A stretch of 63,132 nucleotides of DNA, the filler included, from Welwitschia mirabilis (lineage: Eukaryota), in assembly GCA_051453625.1 (NCBI GenBank). It is 5 parts of one record of this genome, joined end to end, with 100 filler letters (N's around TTAATTAATTAA, not from the genome) between each part and the next. Parts side by side here need not be neighbours in the genome. Positions count along the whole stretch, not along the records: positions 1 to 26,923 come from JBOZIK010000001.1; 4 more parts are not named here. One strand, 5' to 3'. The notes under the pieces are model-generated. The model did no database searches. It was not told where the DNA came from and saw only the letters and a program-made list of their open reading frames with translations. Every line of letters begins with the position of its first letter. Positions within the stretch are counted from its first letter, which is position 1. The translations under genes and the position numbers were made by a program. Shown one piece after another: positions 12,640 to 25,300 of the stretch.

Positions 12640-12881
12640 AGAGAGTCTTTATCTCCTTTTTTTCTTTTTCTGCAAAAGGATGTAATAAATTTTTTATTTA
12701 ATAAATTTTGGAATTTTTATTTAATACTTATAAATTTTTTTAATTTATTTAACTATTTTACTTTATCATAAGCACGTCTAAGCCATCAAAGAAAATTCAA
12801 GCTAAGCAATTTAGTAAATTATTAAGATCATATAAATTGATTCTAGAACTTCAAAGTTTCCTTTCAGCTTGAATAAAATTT

Positions 12882-13506
12882 AATAATTATGCATGTTTTT
12901 GAATTGAAGGCATTTAGATACACATTACATTATAGATTTAAGTATTCCCTTCTAGTTTCTTTATGTTTTTGATCTTTAGTTATGATAAGATTCTAGCTTT
13001 GATAACTAGCTGTGTCTCAAATGACTTCTAGAATACAACTATTCCTTTACATTTTATTTTTCACAACTTAAATTGACCATAATGAGGAGAGTGCAATCAC
13101 TGTCAAAGGAATAAGAACCCATAGGATATATATATATTCTTTTCAATATCCAGATTACGGCTAAATGATCCCTTAGTGGAATTNNNNNNNNNNNNNNNNN
13201 NNNNNNNNNNNNNNNNNNNNNNNNNNNNNNNNNNNNNNNNNNNNNNNNNNNNNNNNNNNNNNNNNNNNNNNNNNNNNNNNNNNATATATATATATATATT
13301 CTTTTCAATATCCAGATTACGGCTAACTGACCCCTTGGTGGAATTCTCATAGCTACCATATTGTACTACCAAAGGCTCCTCTCGAGAATATTTGCCCTAG
13401 TACACTTGCAGTAGAAATTGTGACTTCCTTTTTCTTTATCCTTTTTTTTACTCAACAAATACTCAGAAGGTACCTCTATGATGGAATTTATCTCCTCATT
13501 TTCCAT
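12882..13506 (-). pseudogene. Putative small sense ORF directly after pol in B1
   Basis: MENEEINSIIEVPSEYLLSKKKDKEKGSHNFYCKCTRANILERSLW*YNMVAMRIPP... with one stop in ~100 codons once the gap-flank duplication is removed; 3' end uncertain. Confidence 0.35.
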
Positions 13507-13639
13507 AATAAAGATGATACACAATTTCTTATTGAATACTTATCAAGTTAACTTCTAATTTCATAATCATTTCATTTAGCTTAATAGTTTAGTAAATTAA
13601 TAGACTGAATAAACTTTAAAAAAATAACATGTCTTTTTA

Positions 13640-15053
13640 TTATCTAATTTTAAAGTTTATTTTAAAGGTAGAATGAAAGTATTCTTTCCACCTTGTAAGG
13701 GTTCCCTAAATAATTTAGTATAGATTTATAATCATAGTACATTCTTACTCTTTACTCATTAACTTGATAGATTAATTTTTTCATCAGGATCATATATTTT
13801 TATAGCTCAATTTTCTAAGATTATTGGTTATAGTATAGGATCCAAGCTAATTTGGTTCATATTTTTGTTTTGAATGGATTTTATTAGGATATTAAATTAA
13901 TATCAAATCTGTTATATTAAAATTTATTTTCCTAATTTTATTATCATGATATATTTTAGTTTTCTGTTAAATATGTTATTTATGTAGAAGAGATTCTTTT
14001 CTATTTTCATCTAAAATATTCTTGTTCTCTATTCATTCTTTTTGAGCTATGTTCAAGTTAAATTTTAATTCTTTAGCCAATTTAAATGTTTTTATTCTAA
14101 ATTCAATTAACAAAATAGACTCTTTTCCATAGACTAACTCATAAGGAGTAAATCCTGTAGTGTGTTTCCAAGTTATTTTATAAGCAAATAGAGCTTCATT
14201 TAGTTTATCAATTCAATTGATTTTTATTAATTGTTTATAACCTTTGTTAATATTTTATTAAGCTCTTTATGAGTTACTTCTACTTGACCATTGGATTAGA
14301 GGTGATAGGCAGTAGAGAATTTGTGATGGATTCTAAATTTGGTTAAAAGTTTCTAGAAACTTTCACTAGTAAAGTGGGATCCTCTATTAGATATAAGACT
14401 TTGGGTTGCTTCAAACTAGTAGATGATGTTCTTAAGGAAAGAATTAACTACACTTTGGGAAGAATAATTAATCATAGCCTCAGCCTCAACCCACTTAGTG
14501 AAGTAATCAACACAATCTAGAATGTACTTTTTTCTAAATTATAAGGACTGATAGATCTAATAAAATTTATTCCCCAAATATCAAAGGATTTAACTATTTG
14601 AATATACTGTCATGGCATTTTTAACCTTTAGTTAAATGTGCCTTCTCTCTGGCACTTATCACAACTTTGAACATACTTATTTGTATCTTTGAAAATAATG
14701 GGTTAATAATATCCCATATGAATAATTTTCATTCTTATTATTTTTGGACTATATTGTCCTTCCCATTTTTCTTCATGAGCTTCTTTCAAAGTTTCCTATC
14801 GTAAGTTCTCATCTATACATCTTCTAATGACATGATCTTTGCATTCTCTTAATAACATTTTATCATGCCAAATATAATCTCTAGATTCCTTTAATAATCT
14901 TTTTCTCTCATAATAAGTCATAAAAGAGGGTAATATTTTACTTATAAGAAAGTTAGCAATGTTAGCATATCCCAGATTTGTGGATACTTGAAAGAGATGT
15001 TCATTTGGAAATTCATCTCTAATGCTAATTGTTGTAGTTCATATTTATTGAAA
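13640..15053 (-). pseudogene. pol: Gypsy integrase (B1), degenerate
   Basis: SIRDEFPNEHLFQV...YANIANFL, VDYFTKWVEAEA, PITSNPMVK (YHPQT.GQVE-like), GFTPYELVYGK, LGSYTI (GPY/F-like); collinear with 40137-41540. Confidence 0.9.
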
Positions 15054-16276
15054 TGTTATGCTATGAAGAAGATCCTATCATTTACAAATAAATATAGATT
15101 TTAAACAATACAACATACTAATATAGATGGGAGTGGACCCAAATGTCATATTCATGTTGAAGGCATAAGTGAGAAGAGTGAGAATTGATTTTAAGATGAA
15201 ATACTTAAGTATCTTTTAAGTAGAACTAAAGAACAATATAGAAAATGATAATGCAAACACACTTATGCAAATTAATAAGTGCAACTTCTATCCAATTACC
15301 AGATCAACCTGTCATAAAGATTAGCCTTGTATAATCTAAATCAATCAAGAAATGCTATCATCAGATCAAGACCAACCTAAGCTATCAGGTACATCATACA
15401 AAATAGAAAACTATGCAAACTTACCCTAGGAAGAAAACATAATGCACCAAAACTAATAATGTTTAATCTTAATAAAGGTTGTCCTCATAATCTATATCAC
15501 TAAAGAAGTTATCACAGAATTAGAAGCAACATAAACTATAACAGATATATACATAATAAGCATAAAAAATAGAAAGGAGTTATTTGAATTAGATTTGAAT
15601 CAACATCTATGTTATAAAGTAGCCACATCTCAATAAAGAAAGCGTATCCCTACATAAAGGAAGACATCTCTTTTTAATTATAATGGATGGATCTCTAGTT
15701 CTTTGATCTCCTGTCATGAGAATTTCCAATGCAAACAAAGACAAGCAGGAGTTGAGGATGGATTCGATATTTATTAATTAAGATAGAATCATAAATAAAC
15801 AAGACAAACAAATATGAGCATAACCTCAATAACCATGTAAGAAACACAAAGACAAATGATCAAAGCCAGGTGAAGTTTAGTGAAGCATTATTTTAGATGT
15901 TGCCCTGCTAGTCATTTGAATAAAGATGATGCCACATAATAAGAATTCCATATCATCTACTAGATTAATTCTAACTAGCATCCTCATTAGCTTAATTATT
16001 CTATCATCCATATAGTTTTCTGGATGATGAGATGGAAAATAGGCTTTTTACAAGTATTCATGTAATGCATTAGCCTTAATATTTGTAAAAAGTTTACTTT
16101 AAAATAGAAAATATTATAAACTACATTAAATGCTGTACAATGTCATAAATATTGCATGTTTTTATATCTTTCATCTTAGCTCTCCATTACCATATAAATC
16201 TAGCATGAACCTATTTAATATCCTAAAAAACTACTTAAAATAACCTATCAAATACATGCAAGTTTGTAGCACAACA
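15054..16276 (-). repeat. 3' LTR of Athila-like element C (1223 bp), inserted in B1 pol
   Basis: TGTTGTGCTA...TAGCATAACA termini (9/10 inverted repeat); PPT aagctaagtgagggac precedes it on the minus strand. Confidence 0.85.
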
Positions 16277-19200
16277 TAGTCCCTCACTTAGCTTTATTAG
16301 TCCCTAATAAAACTAGGTCGTTAACCATGATTACGAATCAACTTAACTAATAATAAAAACAACTAAGGTATTGAAAAATTATTTTAGAAAGAATTTTCAT
16401 AAATCTTAGAGATACATGCTAAATTGTTAAAAACAAAAAATTAAATGTTTTACCTATTTAAGATACTAGCCATACTGTCATCTGGGTGATCATCCAGATG
16501 ATATGGAGAATGACATGCTCCATAATTATTCTTGAAAAATAGAAACCTATGAAAAAAATTTCAAACTGAAAATCAATAAATATATAAATAATTAATAGTC
16601 CCCCACTGAAATATATAGTAAATAAGAAAAAGGACCACGAGACATATAATTAATCCTCATTGTGAAATGTGAAAAGAAAGATAAGCATGAAAATCAAATA
16701 AAGGTATACTATGCTAAACTTAAAATAAGATGTGAATATATATAAGCATGAGTTTTAAGTACAAAAATATATAGAGGGAAAGATACAAAATATGACAAAA
16801 ATCACTTCCCTTAACNNNNNNNNNNATAATGAACTCAAAATGGGTAGGAGGCTCAAGTACAGAAGGAGAAGATGGAGGGTGTCTAGGGTCTATAGGAAAA
16901 TGGAGATCCGATGATGTAGAGATGGAGTAAACCATCTTGTCTCCTAAACAGGAACTACCTCTAGAAGGTCCATTATCACTAATGGACATGATGTGTTAAC
17001 ATACATCGACTAACTACTCCTTAGAGTACTACACTTTTCTTTCAACTATTTAGATCCTTTGATCAAGTGTCAAGATACCTTTATTGATGAAACCACTGAT
17101 GGTCTTAATGGTCTCTGCCAAGAGGGCCTAGATCTGCTCTATAATGATGCTCTGACCACAAGTCTCTGAACCTGAGGTCTCTTTACCTCTTCTAGTATTT
17201 ATATATCCATGTCATGTAGATGGTGAACTAAAGTCTAAATATGCATAAGATTCTACTCACCCATAGGCTCTAGCATCCTAAACCATCAAACCATGGCTGA
17301 GAGAAGGAATGGACATCCTAGAGTCTGTACATGCCATGCCTCGACCATAAACCTAAGTCTCCTTCATATGAAAGTAGGCAAATACATTTGCTCATCCTGT
17401 TTGAATGCTACTAATATCTAAAAGTATGCAACCATTGCATAACTGTTATAAAATAATGAACTACTATTATAAATCAGCCCTCTATGTAAAACTTTATAGG
17501 AAGGGGTAAACTATATCACAAGAACTCCTCATCTATTCAATGTTAAATCCACTGGAATGTCTAGTATTGTTTCATATGTATGGTACTCCTTTATACCACC
17601 AGCAAGATGAATGTAAAGAATCTCAATACTACTTAAATCTGTCATGACCACAATGTGATTTGGAAGTATTGCTATTTCATGGTCTCGAATCAAAGCTATA
17701 ATCATATCCATCAGGTGGTCATGAATCAGGCTATTACCCCATGTGTATCATGTTATAAATCTCTCTAGTCTCTAACACATAGCATGTCCCATGTACATCC
17801 AAAATCCAATGGAGCTATAAATTAGGAGCCTATGATAGACCTTTGGCTTTAATATGCTCATAGAATCTCCGAAGTGGTACTTAACATAGATGGTAGCAGT
17901 CTAAATGGTAAGCAATATACNNNNNNNNNNNNNNNNNNNNNNNNNNNNNNNNNNNNNNNNNNNNNNNNNNNNNNNNNNNNNNNNNNNNNNNNNNNNNNNN
18001 NNNNNNNNNNNNNNNNNNNNAGTATCTAGATATCCATGTTCTAAAAATAGTAAGTAGAAGTCTAAATATATGAAAGGCACTACTCATCCATGGGCTTTCA
18101 TATTCCAAATCATGGTCTATAATTGCCATGCCTTGACCATCGACTTGAGTCTCCTCTAAATGAAAGCTAGTAGATTTATATACTCTTCTTACCTAAAAAC
18201 TACAAAAATTGACAAGTACATGACTATCAGATAGCTACCATAAAATGATAAGCTAGTGTTGTGGATTATCCCTCTATGAAGAACTATATATTTAGGGGTT
18301 AACTATGAAACAAGCACCCCTTGCCTATTAATCATTAAATCAGCTAGAATATTCAATGCTATGCCATATGCATGAGGCTTCTATATCCCTTTAGCTAAAT
18401 GAATATGTAAAATTCCAATACCACTTAAACCTATTACTAATATAATATGACTTTGAAATAAAGCTATCTTATTGTCCCATACAGAGGCTAATATCATTTT
18501 AATAAGATAACCATGAGAGTCTAGATGTCACTCGATATGCATAGTGTCATAAAACTCCTTAGTATTTGATACATAATAAGTTCCTTGTGCATCCAAAATC
18601 TAGTGAAGCTATAAATCTAAGATCCTTTGATGAACCTTAGCTCTATATATCTCATAAAGTATCCAAAATAATGCTCGACATGAATGGTAGTAGTCTAAAT
18701 GATAAGCAATCTACTGTGTCGAGGCTAGGGATGCATAGGATTTGCATGCTCTACCTCTAGTAGTACTAATGAGCTTGCCTCTTGCGCTATGGCTTTGGCC
18801 TCAGTTTATACTGTCTAGCTCTATGCATATGGGACCTACGTAGTAAAAAATATGCAAAAGTTACATGAGATCTGGTAGACATGGCTAAAATGCATTGCAT
18901 GAATGTTTAAAACCACCCCATAATCAATAAAAAATGTAAAAAAAATACATCCTACCTCCCCTATAAAAGTGTTAATACTTTCTGTATTGCCTAGTCATAA
19001 GAATAAAATTTCAAAATGCACAAAAAATGGAAAAATAGTTTTTTAAGTGGGTCCCATATAAGGTAAAAATTCAAAGTGTTCAAATGCAAAATCTAATTTA
19101 CTGGGATTATATAACATGTCAAAATGATCAATTTACCTTAAAGGACTACCACATCTTACTTACGGTTTACGAGAAACTAAGTGTGAAAGGTAAAAACCTA

Positions 19201-21338
19201 AATTTTTGTTGTAAAATAACAATTAATCTATCTTTCAAAATATGTAGTGAAAATTAAATCTGTATGTCTCAAATTAAAGAATGTAAAAAACTAATTAACA
19301 TACATAAAAACTACATGTTGAAAGGCTAAGAAATAAGAGAAAAAATTGAAAAAGACAAGGGAGAGAAAAACATACCTCATTTTCAAGAATTTGCAAAAAT
19401 TTGGCAAATCTGTGAGTGAATTATATAAGGACAAAATCCAGAATGGGTAAAAATGACAAGGAAATAAAGAAAAAAATAAGGAAACAGGGTTTGGACTACA
19501 GTTTTATTGCATTATCATCTGGTCACATCATCTAGACAATAGGGATGACTCTAAGAAAAAATCAAACTATTGTCTGCTTGTGTGATATAGACAACTATGT
19601 GGAGAATGGAAATTTCAAAAATTTTGCAAAAATAAATATGTAAGTCAAAAAAGTTAGGCTCAAATATCATCATGAAGATATCAGAATTTATCAAAAACCT
19701 TGGAAAAACAAGAAATGAGAGAGAATTGTGAAAAACTAGGATAATGAATGGAACTTAAAATAAATGAAAAATAGGGTTAACAAAAATATACTANNNNNNN
19801 NNNNNNNNNNNNNNNNNNNNNNNNNNNNNNNNNNNNNNNNNNNNNNNNNNNNNNNNNNNNNNNNNNNNNNNNNNNNNNNNNNNNNNNNNNNNNNNNNNNN
19901 NNNNNNNNNNNNNNNNNNNNNNNNNNNNNNNNNNNNNNNNNNNNNNNNNNNNNNNNNNNNNNNNNNNNNNNNNNNNNNNNNNNNNNNNNNNNNNNNNNNN
20001 NNNNNNNNNNNNNNNNNNNNNNNNNNNNNNNNNNNNNNNNNNNNNNNNNNNNNNNNNNNNNNNNNNNNNNNNNNNNNNNNNNNNNNNNNNNNNNNNNNNN
20101 NNNNNNNNNNNNNNNNNNNNNNNNNNNNNNNNNNNNNNNNNNNNNNNNNNNNNNNNNNNNNNNNNNNNNNNNNNNNNNNNNNNNNNNNNNNNNNNNNNNN
20201 NNNNNNNNNNNNNNNNNNNNNNNNNNNNNNNNNNNNNNNNNNNNNNNNNNNNNNNNNNNNNNNNNNNNNNNNNNNNNNNNNNNNNNNNNNNNNNNNNNNN
20301 NNNNNNNNNNNNNNNNNNNNNNNNNNNNNNNNNNNNNNNNNNNNNNNNNNNNNNNNNNNNNNNNNNNNNNNNNNNNNNNNNNNNNNNNNNNNNNNNNNNN
20401 NNNNNNNNNNNNNNNNNNNNNNNNNNNNNNNNNNNNNNNNNNNNNNNNNNNNNNNNNNNNNNNNNNNNNNNNNNNNNNNNNNNNNNNNNNNNNNNNNNNN
20501 NNNNNNNNNNNNNNNNNNNNNNNNNNNNNNNNNNNNNNNNNNNNNNNNNNNNNNAAAGAAACAAGTTAAAGTGTAGAACTTCAAAAGATACAAGGAATCT
20601 CATAAAAATTATGAAGCATAAAAGATTTTCTATGTAATTTTGATGCTAAAAGAATATGATATATTATGAATTAGCAGTAAAAAAACTACTAAATGATAAG
20701 GTTTCATGTGAATATTAGAAAATGTAAAAATAACTTTAAAATAAAAAATGAAAAAAACCAAAGAGAAATATAACAAAAATGGACATAAGGAACATAGAGA
20801 AGATTGCTTATCTATCCTAAATTCTAACCTAGCAAACCTTCATGGAAGACATCATAAAGCCACTTGAGTGAAAATGCATGAAAAAAAGTATAAAATCCAT
20901 AAAGTTTCACTAAAAAAGGCAATGATTACTACAATACCAAAAAAATCAAGTGCTTAGAACAATGAATGATAAGATCCAAAGTTACTCAGAAATGAACTCA
21001 TCTACTCAGATCTCAAAAAACACCCAACTCCTCAAAAATGAAATGATCATGTAGGAATACTAAGAGTTTAGGAAACAAACAATGCTTCTGATGATACTAG
21101 AAACAAGAGTGACTTCATAAACTCAAAGTTTATTACAATTTATTTCATGATAAGGGAAGTGAAACCATAGTCATAAAAGTAAGGACCAGTGAAGTAGGAC
21201 CAAATAACCCCCTAGTGGAGTTCCCACAGCTATCAATACTACTAAAGGTTCTTTCTAGAAAAATTTACCTCAGTATGATAGGACATCATAGTAACCATGC
21301 ATTTTTTTTAAAGCACAAATATAAAAATTCATAGTCAT

Positions 21339-21340
<2 letters not shown>
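16277..21340 (-). mobile_element. Internal 3' region of element C: PPT, duplicated env-like ORF, non-coding region (upper boundary uncertain)
   Basis: PPT ~16279-16295; two diverged env-like copies; A-rich non-coding sequence beyond 18900. Confidence 0.6.
16830..18870 (-). pseudogene. Env-like accessory ORF, two tandem diverged copies (~16830-17920 and ~18021-18870)
   Basis: IAYHLD.YH, L*LH(W/*)ILD(V/A).GT.YV..T(R/K)E(I/F)Y, IRDHEIAILPNHIV; Ser/Pro-rich tail in ORF 16720-16989. Confidence 0.6.

Positions 21341-21341
<1 letters not shown>

Positions 21342-21398
<57 letters not shown>
21342..21398. repeat. (TC)n microsatellite, at least 28 units, runs into a gap
   Basis: Uninterrupted tctctc run. 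Confidence 0.98.
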
Positions 21399-22162
21399 NN
21401 NNNNNNNNNNNNNNNNNNNNNNNNNNNNNNNNNNNNNNNNNNNNNNNNNNNNNNNNNNNNNNNNNNNNNNNNNNNNNNNNNNNNNNNNNNNNNNNNNNNN
21501 NNNNNNNNNNNNNNNNNNNNNNNNNNNNNNNNNNNNNNNNNNNNNNNNNNNNNNNNNNNNNNNNNNNNNNNNNNNNNNNNNNNNNNNNNNNNNNNNNNNN
21601 NNNNNNNNNNNNNNNNNNNNNNNNNNNNNNNNNNNNNNNNNNNNNNNNNNNNNNNNNNNNNNNNNNNNNNNNNNNNNNNNNNNNNNNNNNNNNNNNNNNN
21701 NNNNNNNNNNNNNNNNNNNNNNNNNNNNNNNNNNNNNNNNNNNNNNNNNNNNNNNNNNNNNNNNNNNNNNNNNNNNNNNNNNNNNNNNNNNNNNNNNNNN
21801 NNNNNNNNNNNNNNNNNNNNNNNNNNNNNNNNNNNNNNNNNNNNNNNNNNNNNNNNNNNNNNNNNNNNNNNNNNNNNNNNNNNNNNNNNNNNNNNNNNNN
21901 NNNNNNNNNNNNNNNNNNNNNNNNNNNNNNNNNNNNNNNNNNNNNNNNNNNNNNNNNNNNNNNNNNNNNNNNNNNNNNNNNNNNNNNNNNNNNNNNNNNN
22001 NNNNNNNNNNNNNNNNNNNNNNNNNNNNNNNNNNNNNNNNNNNNNNNNNNNNNNNNNNNNNNNNNNNNNNNNNNNNNNNNNNNNNNNNNNNNNNNNNNNN
22101 NNNNNNNNNNNNNNNNNNAAAGGAATAAGTTAAGAGAGAATTCAAACGATAGTAGGATGTAA

Positions 22163-22358
22163 TGTTAGAAGTGAAGACAAATATCTTGATGTTATTTATT
22201 CCTTTATAGTGTAACTTTATATATTTTTATATAGTCCCTTTTCTTGTTATAATTTAATATTAAAAAAAATGAAGAAGGGAAGTTTAATGGGGTCATCTAG
22301 AAAGTTCTAGAAGTTAGGGTTAGGGTTTTTACCCTAAAATAAAATCTATATAAGGAGA
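22163..22358 (+). repeat. 5' LTR (partial) of the Tork-like copia
   Basis: tgttagaagtgaagacaaatatcttgatgttatttattcctttatag matches 26788 onward; TATATAAG at ~22347. Confidence 0.9.
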
Positions 22359-25300
22359 NNNNNNNNNNNNNNNNNNNNNNNNNNNNNNNNNNNNNNNNNN
22401 NNNNNNNNNNNNNNNNNNNNNNNNNNNNNNNNNNNNNNNNNNNNNNNNNNNNNNNNNNNNNNNNNNNNNNNNNNNNNNNNNNNNNNNNNNNNNNNNNNNN
22501 NNNNNNNNNNNNNNNNNNNNNNNNNNNNNNNNNNNNNNNNNNNNNNNNNNNNNNNNNNNNNNNNNNNNNNNNNNNNNNNNNNNNNNNNNNNNNNNNNNNN
22601 NNNNNNNNNNNNNNNNNNNNNNNNNNNNNNNNNNNNNNNNNNNNNNNNNNNNNNNNNNNNNNNNNNNNNNNNNNNNNNNNNNNNNNNNNNNNNNNNNNNN
22701 NNNNNNNNNNNNNNNNNNNNNNNNNNNNNNNNNNNNNNNNNNNNNNNNNNNNNNNNNNNNNNNNNNNNNNNNNNNNNNNNNNNNNNNNNNNNNNNNNNNN
22801 NNNNNNNNNNNNNTTCCATGAAAGATGATGATTAGATAAGAATGAAGTCTAAGGATCTATCCTACATCCATCCATGTCTAAGTAATGGCATTCTATAGTC
22901 TATCAAATATGACATGAAACCTCATGATCTCTAGCAGACTTTGAAAAATAGGTTTGATAAAGCTTCTAGTTTAAAAACTTTTCATATTTATCAAAAAGTT
23001 TTTAAAGTAAAGAAAAGATATAACATCTGTTTGCAAGATCACCTAGATGAAATGATGGATAATCTAGTTAAGTTAAAGGAGTACAAAATTGTTATTCTAG
23101 ATTTGCTAAAATCTTATGCTNNNNNNNNNNNNNNNNNNNNNNNNNNNNNNNNNNNNNNNNNNNNNNNNNNNNNNNNNNNNNNNNNNNNNNNNNNNNNNNN
23201 NNNNNNNNNNNNNNNNNNNNNNNNNNNNNNNNNNNNNNNNNNNNNNNNNNNNNNNNNNNNNNNNNNNNNNNNNNNNNNNNNNNNNNNNNNNNNNNNNNNN
23301 NNNNNNNNNNNNNNNNNNNNNNNNNNNNNNNNNNNNNNNNNNNNNNNNNNNNNNNNNNNNNNNNNNNNNNNNNNNNNNNNNNNNNNNNNNNNNNNNGACT
23401 GCTATTCATAGAAAGCCAAATACAGGGAAAAGACCAAAAGGAAAAAAGTAAAGAGTCCTCTACTAAGGTAAATTAAGATGAAAAGATATAAGTTTCCTTG
23501 TATCTAAACCTTGTTCCTTCTTGATAGAGGAACATGACAAGGATGTATGGTTGATTAACATAGGTGCCTCCTTTCATATTTATCATGATCGTTCTGTCTT
23601 TATGTCATATTATGCTATTTCATCTAGTGTTGTGTATGTTGCCAATGGGAAACCATTGATAGTTGCTAGAATAGGAAGCATTATTTTGCAGTAACCAGAG
23701 ATGCCAAAAGTTACCATCAATAATGTTCGGCATATTTTAGAGGTGACAAAGAAGCTGATCTCTGTCACATAGTTGAATGATATAGGCTTGAATTTTTTAA
23801 GTGGTGAAACCTGTTGGAAATTATAAAAGGGATTATGATGATTTTGCGGGGCAAAAGAAAGGGTAGAATGTACATATTAGAAGCAAATGCTTGTGGTGTA
23901 ATTGCTACAGTTTTAGATACAGAGGATGTTGATGTTTGGCATAGAGGGCTTGGACATATTGGCAACTTAGATTTAAATGTATTACAGTCCTAATCTCTTA
24001 TTCCTACATTTTCTCATACTCCTCTAGATTTTTGTAAAGACTGTTTAGTTGGAAAGTCTAGAAGAGTTAATTTTTATAAGAACTTGAATAAAAAAAAGAA
24101 AAACAAATTAGAATTAATTTATTTTGATGTTTGTGAGCCTATGAATCTTGTTTATCTTGGTGGTTCTTTATGTTTTGTGATGTTCATTAATGATTAAAAA
24201 TAAAAGGTTTGGGTGTCCATATTGAAATCTAAAGATGAAGTGCTAGGAATGTTTAAAACATTCGTTTCCAGNNNNNNNNNNNNNNNNNNNNNNNNNNNNN
24301 NNNNNNNNNNNNNNNNNNNNNNNNNNNNNNNNNNNNNNNNNNNNNNNNNNNNNNNNNNNNNNNNNNNNNNNNNNNNNNNNNNNNNNNNNNNNNNNNNNNN
24401 NNNNNNNNNNNNNNNNNNNNNNNNNNNNNNNNNNNNNNNNNNNNNNNNNNNNNNNNNNNNNNNNNNNNNNNNNNNNNNNNNNNNNNNNNNNNNNNNNNNN
24501 NNNNNNNNNNNNNNNNNNNNNNNNTCATTCCTCTCTCAATGGTATTCCAAAAATCCTATAGAAGATAAAAATGTTTCTTATCAGCATTTAAGAGTTTTTG
24601 AGTGTAAAGCTTGTATGCATATCCAAAAGGAAAATACAACTAAATTGTAGAAAAGGGCCAAATAATGCATATTTGTTGGCTATAGAGATAATGCGCTAGG
24701 CTATAGACTATGGGATCCTGAGATCAACCAGATTACAAGGTCATAAGATGTCAAGTTTAGAGAACATGTAATGTTTTACAATTTGCAGGATAAGAACCAA
24801 GCAGAGAGNNNNNNNNNNNNNNNNNNNNNNNNNNNNNNNNNNNNNNNNNNNNNNNNNNNNNNNNNNNNNNNNNNNNNNNNNNNNNNNNNNNNNNNNGCTA
24901 CAATTTCAGACAATAATGAAATGTCTTCAAATGAAGAACAAGTAGAAGAGAAACAACCTATGGATACATCCCATTGGATAAGGGGATCTACCAGAATTTC
25001 ACATCCACCTGATAAGTATTCTTCTTCATTGAATTATATTCTTTATAGTGACTGTGAAGAGTAAGAAACAATTAGAGAAGCTCACTCTTATGCTGATGCT
25101 ATCAAGTGGAAGGCAACCATGGAGGACATGGGATTTAGTAGAATTACCTAAAGTGCATAAAGCCCTACATAGTAAGTGGATTTTTAGATTAAACAATGAA
25201 GCTAATGGAGAAAAGCATTACACGGCCAGACTAGTGGTAAAAGGCTTTGCTCAAAAGCCAAGTATTGAATTTACAAATATATTTTCTCCTATGGTAAGGC

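Larger units (their letters stand above)
5471..15053 (-). mobile_element. Athila-like gypsy element B1, 3' half: integrase, ~7 kb accessory region, PPT, 3' LTR
   Basis: Integrase at 13640-15053; PPT followed by TGATGA LTR start at 6393; LTR homologous to 36897-37851. Confidence 0.85.

Noticed and set aside
21270-22145. RERERE-repeat ORF
   Set aside because: Translation of the (TC)n microsatellite plus gap
22314-22326. TTAGGGTTAGGG telomere-like motif
   Set aside because: Only two units inside a copia LTR; telo-box-like motifs are common in plant LTRs
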